In this document: one piece after another, positions 1 to 7,365 of the stretch
Layout: every line of letters starts with the position of its first letter
Position numbering within the stretch: the first letter of the stretch is position 1
Virus record (IMG/VR): IMGVR_UViG_3300045988_066153
Coordinates: 1-54,337 of that record
Reading direction: 5' to 3' (one strand)
Origin: a virus
DNA: 54,337 nt
Translations under genes and position numbers: made by a program
Notes under the pieces: generated by a model
Seen by the model: only the letters and a program-made list of their open reading frames with translations
Told to the model about the DNA's origin: nothing
Databases searched by the model: none

Positions 1-119
1 AGGATTTTTCGGCACACAGAAAAAAGGAATGTGGAAAATGCAGAATCGATACATAAAAAGGTACACAAATTTTGTTACTTCCACATTATCAACACCTAAA
101 CGAATCTCGCTCACTCCGC
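1..119. repeat. 119-bp terminal direct repeat, copy 1 (identical to 54219..54337)
   Basis: Read directly: bases 1-119 (aggatttttcggcacacag...ctcactccgc) recur exactly at 54219-54337. This implies a closed circular or terminally redundant genome, or an assembler overlap. Confidence 0.95.
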
Positions 120-135
120 CCAAGCAAAATCCGAT

Positions 136-217
136 AAAACGGAACAAATACGAAACCGCTGACTTGCAGCCTAAAAGGAGTAAGTTGGCGGTTTTATATT
201 TCATTTGATTCCGTTTT
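136..217. promoter_or_regulatory. Nested inverted repeats upstream of integrase (candidate attP or recombinase-binding region)
   Basis: AAAACGGAA 136-144 pairs with TTCCGTTTT 209-217. AAACCGC 153-159 pairs with GCGGTTT 188-194. GTACAYAAATTT direct repeats sit at 61-72 and 233-244. TGTGTACAAAAA sits at 271-282 and 54154-54165. Confidence 0.3.
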
Positions 218-237
218 GTTATGTAAAAAATAGTACA

Positions 238-245
238 TAAATTTG
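238..245 (+). promoter_or_regulatory. Bacteroides-type -7 promoter box (TAAATTTG) for integrase
   Basis: Matches the TAnnTTTG consensus about 40 nt upstream of the ATG at 284. Confidence 0.4.
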
Positions 246-283
246 CGGATGTGTACTAACCAGAAAAAAATGTGTACAAAAAA

Positions 284-1534
284 ATGGACATCAAACACAG
301 TATATCGTTTTTCCTCCAAAAGGTCTACAGCAGGACGGGCAACGGAGAGGGGCAGATAAGGCTCCGCGTCCGGTGGCACGGGAACACCTACCAGGCGAAC
401 AGCGGCTACACCATCCAGCCGGAGAGATGGGAAAACGGGAGATGCAAGCGGAACGCATTCAACAGCCGTGGAGTGTCAGCCTCCGACATCAACAGGCAGC
501 TCGCCGCCCTGGAGGGCATAGTGGAGGACATATTCAAAGCGTTCGAGGTAGCGGACACCGTTCCGTCGTTGGATGTGTTCAAGGCGGAGTTTGCCAAGCG
601 GACAGGGAAAGGCGGGAGTGTGAAGGACTGCGGAAACTTCGAGAAGGCTCTGCTTGACTTCGTTGTGTCGCAGGAGCGCACTCACTCGTGGGCGCCGGGG
701 ACGGTGGTCAAATTCGGAACTCTGCGCCGGCACATCCGCAGTATGCGGGGAGAAATGAGGATGAAAGACTTCAACAAGAAGTTTTACGAGGAATACATCT
801 CCTACCTGCTGCGCCGCGGTCTGAAGAACACCTACATAATGAAATTCTGGAAGATCCTCACTTGGTTTCTACGCTGGGCAGACAAGAACGGGCTGCTCGA
901 CGACAAAAGCTATCTCGACTTCACTCCGAGGCTGAAAACGGTGCGAGACAAGGAAGTGGTGTATCTGACGTGGGACGAACTGATGAAAGTCTACGGGTTT
1001 GAGTTTCCGCGTGGGAAGGAATACCTTGCCAGGGTAAGGGATGTGTTCTGCTTCCAATGCTTCACTTCTCTGCGGTATTCGGACGTGGCGAAACTGAAAC
1101 GCTCCGACATCATCGACGGAGTGATAAAGGTGGTGACAAAGAAGACGGGCGACACTATCAGCATAGAACTGAACAAGTATTCCTCCGCCATATTGGAAAA
1201 ATACAAGGATGAAGAGAAGCCTCTGCCGGTGGTCAGCAACCAAAGGATGAACGTCTGGCTGAAGGAGGTATGCTATGTGGCAGGGATAGACAGACCGGTA
1301 ACGGAGGTGTACTACCGCGGTTCCGAACGAGTGGAGGAAACACGACCCAAATATGAATGCGTGGCGTCCCATACCGGACGGCGCACATTCATCTGCAACG
1401 CACTGACGATGGGCATACCGCCGTCGTTGGTGATGGAGTGGACGGGACACAGCGACTACAAGGCGATGAAGCCCTACATCAAGATCGCCGACAAGGAGAA
1501 GGCGCGGGCGATGAAACTGTTCGACGAGCGGTAA
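284..1534 (+). CDS. int: Tyrosine site-specific integrase
   Basis: C-terminal catalytic signature ASHTGRRTF (HxxR) ... WTGHSDYKAMKPYIKI (H, Y). N-terminal SAM-like region. The ORF track begins at GTG 272; the first ATG in frame is at 284. Confidence 0.9.
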   Translation: MDIKHSISFFLQKVYSRTGNGEGQIRLRVRWHGNTYQANSGYTIQPERWENGRCKRNAFNSRGVSASDINRQLAALEGIVEDIFKAFEVADTVPSLDVFKAEFAKRTGKGGSVKDCGNFEKALLDFVVSQERTHSWAPGTVVKFGTLRRHIRSMRGEMRMKDFNKKFYEEYISYLLRRGLKNTYIMKFWKILTWFLRWADKNGLLDDKSYLDFTPRLKTVRDKEVVYLTWDELMKVYGFEFPRGKEYLARVRDVFCFQCFTSLRYSDVAKLKRSDIIDGVIKVVTKKTGDTISIELNKYSSAILEKYKDEEKPLPVVSNQRMNVWLKEVCYVAGIDRPVTEVYYRGSERVEETRPKYECVASHTGRRTFICNALTMGIPPSLVMEWTGHSDYKAMKPYIKIADKEKARAMKLFDER

Positions 1535-1538
1535 AGAA

Positions 1539-1570
1539 AAAGGCTTCCGGGTGTCGGAAGCCTTTCTTTC
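1539..1570. terminator. Bidirectional hairpin terminator between int and the lipoprotein gene
   Basis: AAAGGCTTCCG 1539-1549 / CGGAAGCCTTT 1555-1565 with a 5-nt loop, followed by a T-rich run. Confidence 0.7.
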
Positions 1571-1575
1571 TGTGG

Positions 1576-1986
1576 TTAATCGTCTACAACAAACATTTGA
1601 GAATCGATGAATATCGCGACTTTATCCTTGTCATAATCCTTGTAATACATGTGCGCTCCGTTATATCGCCCAGAGCCGCCTCCATTCTTGGTCATTCGCA
1701 GTTCCGTATAACCCTTCTTCTTTTTCAAAGAATAAGACCCTCTTTCTTCCGTATTCTTGTACGGGTTGTAAAAGTCTACTCTCTTGAATTTGTAGTTTTC
1801 ATGGTCTACAAATGTGAGTTTACAGGTTTTATCATTGTCCAGGTCACTGTAAAAAATAGTTTTCCCCACGACATCCGAATATTCCACAGCGACTCCTTTA
1901 TATCCCAAATCATCGTCATCTCCGCCGCAGGCGGTCATTGTCAGGATGCACAGCAGCATCCATAAAGTCATTTTCAGTTGTTTCAT
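1576..1986 (-). CDS. Lipoprotein (moron; superinfection-exclusion candidate)
   Basis: N-terminus MKQLKMTLWMLLCILTMTAC-GGDDDD is a signal peptide plus lipobox cysteine. It lies between int and the repressor. Confidence 0.7.
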   Translation of the reverse strand: MKQLKMTLWMLLCILTMTACGGDDDDLGYKGVAVEYSDVVGKTIFYSDLDNDKTCKLTFVDHENYKFKRVDFYNPYKNTEERGSYSLKKKKGYTELRMTKNGGGSGRYNGAHMYYKDYDKDKVAIFIDSQMFVVDD

Positions 1987-1999
1987 TTTTGTTTGTATT

Positions 2000-2434
2000 T
2001 TAGATTCTGTATTTCTTGTTTTTCACCAGCCATTTTCTTCGGAAGTAAAGGGCGAAAAGCACGGCGCCAAGCGCAAGCACGAACCATCTCGCCGGGGTAA
2101 GGAGCGTTCCGAATCCGAACAGCTTCTCATATTCAATGCAGGCGTTGACCAATAAATTGTAGCCGCAGAACGCCCGATGAATCCAGCAGAAGCCGAAAGC
2201 CACGGAAAGAACCACCATCAGTGCGAACACGAGCAGCGCGCTCCGCGCTATTACGGAGGCAATCGTCCATACACAGCCGCACAGGAGGCTCGCCGTGTGG
2301 CACATCATCAGTCCTGCACCTATGGGAGGAGAGAACTGTACCATCAGCTTGGCGAGGTGTACGCTCCTATGGATGTGCAGTGTCTCCACAATCTGCTCGT
2401 CCACCATTCTCATTTTATAAAAAAACTTTCTCAT
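2000..2434 (-). CDS. Multi-pass membrane protein
   Basis: Several long hydrophobic segments (LLCGCVWTIASVIA, LLVFALMVVLSVAFGFCWI, WFVLALGAVLFALYF). Same strand and operon as the repressor. Confidence 0.6.
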   Translation of the reverse strand: MRKFFYKMRMVDEQIVETLHIHRSVHLAKLMVQFSPPIGAGLMMCHTASLLCGCVWTIASVIARSALLVFALMVVLSVAFGFCWIHRAFCGYNLLVNACIEYEKLFGFGTLLTPARWFVLALGAVLFALYFRRKWLVKNKKYRI

Positions 2435-2446
2435 AACCGAAAATAT

Positions 2447-3046
2447 TTAGTCTGCATTTCTTTGGATTAAGGAGCGGAGGAACTTGATTTCCTCGTTCTT
2501 CTCCTCGATACTCTTCCTTAGCATCTCATTCTCCTTGGCAATGGCGGAATCCGTCATTGTCTGCGTGTTGTGGTTGGAGCTGTCGCCGATGCTCTGCACA
2601 CGACCTGTCTCCTCCGCTATCTCACGTTCGAGCTGTTCGTCGGGGACGCCACAGCACTCATCGCCTACACCGCGCAGAAGCCATTCTGCGGAAACGTCCT
2701 TAAATTTAAGGAGAAAAGCCTTGATGGTTCCAACAGAAACCCTTGCATCTCCATTCAACTGCCTATTAACAGTCGCTTGCGGTAACCCGACCTCTTTGCT
2801 AAAGGCTGTTACAGACAAGTCATTCTTTTGTAACACCTCTTTAATGCGCTGATTAATATCTTCCGTGCTTACATTCTCCTCCACCCCAGACTGAATAGCC
2901 CGTAAAATTTGGTGTTTAGTAGTCGGAATAGGCTTGCCATACTCCCAATTTTGCACGGTCTTCTCTGACACTCCGACTATCTCAGCGAGCTCCCTCTGCG
3001 TAACACCTAATTTTAGGCGCAAATCTTTTATGTCTAATCCGTTCAT
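2447..3046 (-). CDS. XRE-family HTH repressor (CI-like) with two HTH segments and a C-terminal coiled coil
   Basis: LGVTQRELAEIVGVSEKTVQNWEYG is a classic HTH_3. A second DNA-binding segment is LSVTAFSKEVGLPQATVNRQLNG. The gene is divergent from the early operon. Confidence 0.8.
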   Translation of the reverse strand: MNGLDIKDLRLKLGVTQRELAEIVGVSEKTVQNWEYGKPIPTTKHQILRAIQSGVEENVSTEDINQRIKEVLQKNDLSVTAFSKEVGLPQATVNRQLNGDARVSVGTIKAFLLKFKDVSAEWLLRGVGDECCGVPDEQLEREIAEETGRVQSIGDSSNHNTQTMTDSAIAKENEMLRKSIEEKNEEIKFLRSLIQRNAD

Positions 3047-3097
3047 TGATACCGATGTAACACTTTTTAACTAAGTTGTAAATAACATTTTTGGTGA

Positions 3098-3121
3098 AAT
3101 ATTTGGTGCACACCCAATATT
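3098..3121. promoter_or_regulatory. Candidate operator: 11-bp inverted repeat (10/11 match) abutting the early promoter
   Basis: AATATTTGGTG-ca-CACCCAATATT lies immediately upstream of the -7 box at 3126. Confidence 0.45.
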
Positions 3122-3125
3122 CGGT

Positions 3126-3133
3126 TATCTTTG
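3126..3133 (+). promoter_or_regulatory. Bacteroides-type -7 box (TATCTTTG), early rightward promoter
   Basis: TAnnTTTG match in the divergent intergenic region between the repressor and the first early gene. Confidence 0.5.
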
Positions 3134-3207
3134 CATTGTGTTTAGGGCGAATTTAATGCCAAACACAAAACAACGGTGCAAAAGTACTAATAATAAACAA
3201 CATAACA

Positions 3208-3408
3208 ATGAAAATTATAAAAAAAATCAACGTAACAGAAACTTTGAAAGCTCTACAGGTGGGCGAAGAGATGGTTTTCCCTTATAGGCAGACTTCCTCC
3301 AGCACCGTGCGTGCGGCAGCCTACGCCATCAATGTCCGGGGCGAAGCGAAGTATAAGGTGTGGCAAGTGAACCACGAGTTGGCAACACACGCAATCAGAT
3401 TGAAATGA
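3208..3408 (+). CDS. Hypothetical early protein
   Basis: First ORF of the plus-strand early operon. Its stop overlaps the next start (ATGA). Confidence 0.55.
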   Translation: MKIIKKINVTETLKALQVGEEMVFPYRQTSSSTVRAAAYAINVRGEAKYKVWQVNHELATHAIRLK

Positions 3409-3686
3409 ACGAGGAACTATTGGAAATGCTCCGACCATTCGCCAAAATGGTCGCTGAAGAACTGGTTAAGGTAATGCCACAGCCAGCCACTCCGAGCGAA
3501 CAGTACAGCGGCATTGACGGCATAGCCGCCATATTTAAATGCGGTCGCACAAAGGCGCAGGCAATGAAGAACTCCGGCGTGCTTGACTCCGCAATAACAA
3601 TCACAGGCAAAAAATTCATTGTCGACAAGCAAAAAGCACTGGCGGCGATGCAAGCAAAAAATAGAAAATTCCATAAATACAACTAA
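3405..3686 (+). CDS. Putative MerR/excisionase-like HTH DNA-binding protein
   Basis: ATG 3405 overlaps the previous stop. The segment IDGIAAIFKCGRTKAQAMKNSGVLDSAITITGKKFIVDKQKAL resembles the HTH_17/excisionase layout (HTH, then a 'kIG.r..f.k.dl' wing). Confidence 0.45.
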   Translation: MNEELLEMLRPFAKMVAEELVKVMPQPATPSEQYSGIDGIAAIFKCGRTKAQAMKNSGVLDSAITITGKKFIVDKQKALAAMQAKNRKFHKYN

Positions 3687-3687
3687 A

Positions 3688-4044
3688 ATGCAAACAGAAC
3701 TGACACAAGTCCGACTGAGCGAAGCGCAAATCGCGCAAATCGCAAAAGAGTTCAAAAAAGAGGTCGACGAGAACTATTCGGACGCTTTCACCCATCCCTA
3801 CGAAAAATGGGAGTTTTGGACAGAGATAGATGGTTTAGCCATCTCCGTATTCTACAATATGTGGGCAGAGAACAAGCGTTACCACGCGGAGAACTACACA
3901 GAGCCGGAGTATGGAGAGGACGCCTATGGAATCAGCATCGTTGACATTACCGCCTGCGATGGTGAGTTGGGCGACGTGGAGATAGAGAATGAAGGTGACT
4001 TGGACGAAGCCATCAACGGATATACCAACACTTATGAATGGTAA
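3688..4044 (+). CDS. Hypothetical protein (acidic)
   Basis: ATG 3688 lies 2 nt after the previous stop. Tightly packed in the operon. Confidence 0.55.
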   Translation: MQTELTQVRLSEAQIAQIAKEFKKEVDENYSDAFTHPYEKWEFWTEIDGLAISVFYNMWAENKRYHAENYTEPEYGEDAYGISIVDITACDGELGDVEIENEGDLDEAINGYTNTYEW

Positions 4045-4523
4045 TCGCTATGGAAGAAGATGTAAGAAGCATATACCGCCCTGCTATATGGGCGAAGCGG
4101 CTCGAAGCCTACAAAGCCGCAGAAGCGGCTCTCAGAGAGAGCGCACCGAAAGTGAGAGAAGCAGACGAGGCTGCCGCAAAAGCCTTGATTGAATGGGCGG
4201 ACGAGTATGAGGAGAATATTAGAATCCTCGAAAGCCGCAAGCCGATAGGGATTTTATGGTCGTACTTTGTCTTTGCCGCCACCCAATGCATAGACGCAAT
4301 AGCCTGCGAGCAGGGCAACTACACCGAAGTATCAACCACAGTCTACGGTGAGGACAGAAAACCCTACACTCTAAACGTAGAATGCAACTGGTATCAATAC
4401 AGAGGTTGGGAAATATCCCCAATGGTGATAGACGAGTTTCGGCAAGAGCATCTCCTCGGTGATGCTGAGAAGTTCTGCGAGGCTGTCGGATTCGAGTGTT
4501 CCGACGCAGACGACTACGAGTAA
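4038..4523 (+). CDS. Hypothetical protein
   Basis: 161-aa ORF overlapping the previous stop. Confidence 0.55.
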   Translation: MVIAMEEDVRSIYRPAIWAKRLEAYKAAEAALRESAPKVREADEAAAKALIEWADEYEENIRILESRKPIGILWSYFVFAATQCIDAIACEQGNYTEVSTTVYGEDRKPYTLNVECNWYQYRGWEISPMVIDEFRQEHLLGDAEKFCEAVGFECSDADDYE

Positions 4524-4529
4524 GACACA

Positions 4530-4572
4530 AGGCAGTATGGTACACGGATGGGTTCAATTCCCATCCTGCCTA
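4530..4572 (+). ncRNA. tRNA-like minihelix (T-arm plus short acceptor-like stem)
   Basis: GGATGGG-TTCAATT-CCCATCC (4546-4566) is flanked by AGGCA 4530-4534 / TGCCT 4567-4571. There is no D or anticodon arm. Confidence 0.35.
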
Positions 4573-4796
4573 CAAAGAGTACATTGACGTATTGACAACA
4601 AGCATAACGACCGCAACGAGTCGCACACAATAAGCATTCCAGCCGAGTGTGTGAGTTGGCGTTGCGGATGTGGTCAGCACCGACTATGCAACAGGTGCTG
4701 GGGCTACGCGGCGAGCCTATGACGCCGCAGTGTATACAACCAACCAACGAGCAGCACTCCTTACAGAGCAATTGACTGCTCACTCTATATATTCCG

Positions 4797-4912
4797 AGCG
4801 GTGGCAAGGTGCCGAGGGGAGGTTCGATTCCTCCTCGTGACTGCCGTCAAATCATTGGCGGTCTCATTAGAGACTTGGTGTCGCAGGGGAGGTTCGATTC
4901 CTCCCACCGCTC
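4797..4912 (+). ncRNA. Non-canonical tRNA-like module 1 (116 nt, two identical T-arm hairpins)
   Basis: Acceptor pairing AGCGGTG 4797-4803 / CACCGCT 4905-4911. T-arm GGAGG-TTCGATT-CCTCC at 4888-4904. An exact 20-nt copy AGGGGAGGTTCGATTCCTCC occurs at 4815-4834 and 4885-4904. I could not fold an anticodon arm. Confidence 0.45.
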
Positions 4913-4984
4913 CTATTCCCTTTATTAAAGCAACTTTTACTCATAATTTTTCCCTCCGAACCCGTGAGGGCGCAGGAGGTACAA

Positions 4985-5095
4985 GGCAGAGCGCGGTGGT
5001 TCCGCATTTCCCATTTAGTAGAGTATGATTGAGTTTAGTAATTGAGTTTAGTTGATAATTGTTTTTCACAGGGGGTTCGATTCCCCCCTCTGCCA
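4985..5095 (+). ncRNA. Non-canonical tRNA-like module 2 (111 nt)
   Basis: Perfect 7-bp acceptor GGCAGAG 4985-4991 / CTCTGCC 5088-5094. T-arm GGGGG-TTCGATT-CCCCC at 5071-5087. D-arm-like GCGG-TGGTT-CCGC. The centre is a 65-nt AT-rich insert with ATTGAGTTTAGT duplicated at 5028-5039 and 5041-5052. Confidence 0.5.
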
Positions 5096-5160
5096 CTTAC
5101 ATTCTTTTTAACGATTGAGATTTCATCGCCTCTCCGTCCGTGAGGATATGGGAGGCATCA

Positions 5161-5252
5161 CGGCTCGCACTGGTAGGCTTCGGTCGGTAATTATTAACAA
5201 CTTCTTATCCAATTCTCTACGACCGGGGCGAGGTTCGATACCTCCGAGCCGA
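5161..5252 (+). ncRNA. Non-canonical tRNA-like module 3 (92 nt)
   Basis: Perfect 7-bp acceptor CGGCTCG 5161-5167 / CGAGCCG 5245-5251. T-arm GAGG-TTCGATA-CCTC at 5230-5244. A central stem CGGTCG 5181-5186 / CGACCG 5220-5225 closes a 33-nt AT-rich loop. Confidence 0.45.
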
Positions 5253-5350
5253 CTACTACTTTCGTATCATTTATTGACAACGTTTTTTTCGGGAGGCGGT
5301 CTGTGAGGATAGTCTCCTTTTTATCAGACAATTATAAAAAAACAAAATAT

Positions 5351-5533
5351 ATGAAGAAACTAATCATCTACCTGCTGATGACCGTGTGGATGGGAGTCAG
5401 CATCGTCCTCCTATGCAACGAGGACGAGAGTGCGGCACTATTGCCGTTCACTCTCATCAAGGCTGGGGCGTTGGCATCGTTCCTCGCCTCCCTGAAAATC
5501 TTATGTATGCTAACAGACAGAAAACTTATATAG
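5351..5533 (+). CDS. Small membrane protein
   Basis: MKKLIIYLLMTVWMGVSIVLLC... has two hydrophobic helices. ATG 5351 is in frame within the 5303..5533 ORF. Confidence 0.5.
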   Translation: MKKLIIYLLMTVWMGVSIVLLCNEDESAALLPFTLIKAGALASFLASLKILCMLTDRKLI

Positions 5534-5535
5534 AT

Positions 5536-6156
5536 ATGGCAGACAAGACATTCACCGAGCGTGTGATTGCTGTGCAATCACAACTCAAAGCACCGAAGAA
5601 TCAACGGAACAACTTCGGCGGCTACAATTACCGCAACTGCGAGGACATCCTCGAGGCGGTCAAGCCTCTCCTCAAAGCCGAGGGGCTATTTCTAACCATC
5701 ACCGATGATATCGTGGTGCTTGGTGACAGATTTTACGTCAAGGCAACCGCAACGCTGACTGACGGAGAACGGTCGCTATCCAACCAGGCTTTCGCCCGTG
5801 AGGAAGCGACAAAAAAAGGAATGGACGGCAGCCAAGTGACGGGTGCCGCATCCTCCTATGCACGAAAATACGCGCTCAACGGCTTGCTTGCTATCGACGA
5901 CACAAAGGATGCCGACACTTTGAACAACGGCAAGGAGTACACGGCAACCTCGAAGGGCTCAGGCAAGGCAAAGGCGACTGCTCCAGCACCCGCTATTCCT
6001 GCTCCTGACAAGGCGGCAGTAATAGCGGCGGTGTATGCCGCACAGACCGAGGAGGAAGTCGTTGCGATATATAAGAAGAACTCTTATTACTTCGGCAAGG
6101 ACGAAGCGGTAATCACCGCTTGTTCCCAAAGAAAACAACAACTAAAACAAGGCTAA
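5536..6156 (+). CDS. erf: ERF-family single-strand annealing protein
   Basis: NFGGYNYRNCEDILEAVKPLLKAEGL ... FYVKATATL ... KKGMDGSQVTGAASSYARKYALNGLLAIDDTKDAD matches the ERF family core. ATG 5536 is in frame within the 5386..6156 ORF. Confidence 0.85.
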   Translation: MADKTFTERVIAVQSQLKAPKNQRNNFGGYNYRNCEDILEAVKPLLKAEGLFLTITDDIVVLGDRFYVKATATLTDGERSLSNQAFAREEATKKGMDGSQVTGAASSYARKYALNGLLAIDDTKDADTLNNGKEYTATSKGSGKAKATAPAPAIPAPDKAAVIAAVYAAQTEEEVVAIYKKNSYYFGKDEAVITACSQRKQQLKQG

Positions 6157-6157
6157 T

Positions 6158-7054
6158 ATGTTGAGATATTCTGAAATTGTATTTGACCCCGTCGGGCATA
6201 CCTATACCGCGCCCGACGGGAGGGCGTTGCAGGGCATCACTGGGATGCTCCAACGGCAATTGTTTCCCGATGAATATGCCGGGGTTGACGAAGAGACGCT
6301 GAAGGCCGCAGCCGAGCGTGGCAGTGCAATCCACGCACAAGTGGAGTTCTGCGACGACTTCGGCACTACTTTCGAGGATATTCCAGAAGTGGTCAATTAC
6401 CAACGGCTAATCAAGGAGGGCGGCTACGTTCCGTGTGAATCCGAGTACGTTGTCAGCGACAACGAGCACTTTGCGTCTCCTATTGACAAGGTGTTCAAAG
6501 TCTCCGAAACGGAGTATATCCTCGGCGACATCAAGACCGTGCGTAATCTCAACGAGGACAAGGTACGTTGGCAACTGTCCATCTACGCCACATTCTTCGA
6601 GCGGCAGAACCCAGGCTGTAAGGTTGTCGGTCTGCTTGCCATCTGGCTTCGTGGGAACAAGGCTAAAATAACGGAGGTACAGCGCATTCCTGACAGCGTG
6701 ATTGACGCTCTCCTCGCCGCCGAGGTGGAAGGTCGGCAATTCGTCAACCCACTCCCGAGCGTCAACACTCTACCCGACCGCTACAAGGCGATGGAGATGC
6801 AGATTCTTGACCTGCTCGCAAAGAAGAAAGAGATAGAGGAGCAGGTGAAGACGTTCTCCGAGAGAATGAAGGGCGAGATGGAGAAGGCTGGAGTGAAGAA
6901 GTGGGAAACCGACAATATGCGGCTTACCTACATTGAGCCTTCCACCAAAGAAACATTCGACGCCAAGAGGTTCAAAGAGGAACATCCTGAAGACTATAGA
7001 GAGTACATCAAGACAACAAAAGTAAAACCATCAATAAGAATCACAGCATTATGA
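6158..7054 (+). CDS. PD-(D/E)XK (RecB/Cas4-like) exonuclease
   Basis: GSAIH, SEYVV, ILGDIKT (D-x-K) and QLSIY (QxxxY) motifs in the canonical order. It sits directly after the annealase gene. Confidence 0.75.
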   Translation: MLRYSEIVFDPVGHTYTAPDGRALQGITGMLQRQLFPDEYAGVDEETLKAAAERGSAIHAQVEFCDDFGTTFEDIPEVVNYQRLIKEGGYVPCESEYVVSDNEHFASPIDKVFKVSETEYILGDIKTVRNLNEDKVRWQLSIYATFFERQNPGCKVVGLLAIWLRGNKAKITEVQRIPDSVIDALLAAEVEGRQFVNPLPSVNTLPDRYKAMEMQILDLLAKKKEIEEQVKTFSERMKGEMEKAGVKKWETDNMRLTYIEPSTKETFDAKRFKEEHPEDYREYIKTTKVKPSIRITAL

Positions 7055-7359
7055 GCAACTACACTGGATCAATCGACTTAACCAAAGTCCCAAAGAGATT
7101 TTTCAAAAAAGTAATGTGCAAGGACGGCACAGAACACATATTCCTCAATGTCGGTCTGTGGGAACGCAAGACGCCCTCCACCTTCGGCGAGCGCACATAC
7201 ACCCATTCTATGAGAGTAAGCGTACCGAAAGACCAGCAGGTGGAGGGCGAGAATTATTACATCGGCGACTTCTCGGAGCTGAAGCCTATGCCAAGCCAGC
7301 CGACCACGGAACAGATTGAGGCGGCTCCGTCTGCCTCCTCCGACGATCTTCCATTCTAA
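7051..7359 (+). CDS. Putative non-canonical ssDNA-binding protein
   Basis: The C-terminus ...SASSDDLPF mimics the SSB acidic tip (DDDIPF), preceded by a P/S/T/Q-rich linker. It lies within the recombination module. Confidence 0.45.
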   Translation: MSNYTGSIDLTKVPKRFFKKVMCKDGTEHIFLNVGLWERKTPSTFGERTYTHSMRVSVPKDQQVEGENYYIGDFSELKPMPSQPTTEQIEAAPSASSDDLPF

Positions 7360-7365
7360 CGGACT

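Noticed and set aside
4546-4572. Simple rho-independent terminator for the 4038-4523 gene
   Set aside because: The hairpin loop is a canonical T-loop (TTCAATT with a G-C closing pair) and is followed by TGCCTACAAAG rather than a T-tract. It fits a tRNA-like minihelix or att-type tRNA 3' fragment better.
4797-5252. Calling the three modules ordinary tRNA genes, or a tmRNA
   Set aside because: Their lengths (92-116 nt) and the absence of any foldable anticodon stem-loop by manual inspection argue against standard tRNAs. No alanine-tag-like reading frame or tmRNA 5'/3' pairing was found. They are kept as tRNA-like ncRNA pending tRNAscan-SE, ARAGORN or Infernal.
4514-5306. Short ORFs in the tRNA-like region (4514-4807 minus, 4801-5028 plus, 5115-5306 plus)
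   Set aside because: Their reading frames run straight through T-arm and acceptor-stem sequences. The products are Cys/Arg/Gly-rich nonsense. The region is better explained as structured RNA.
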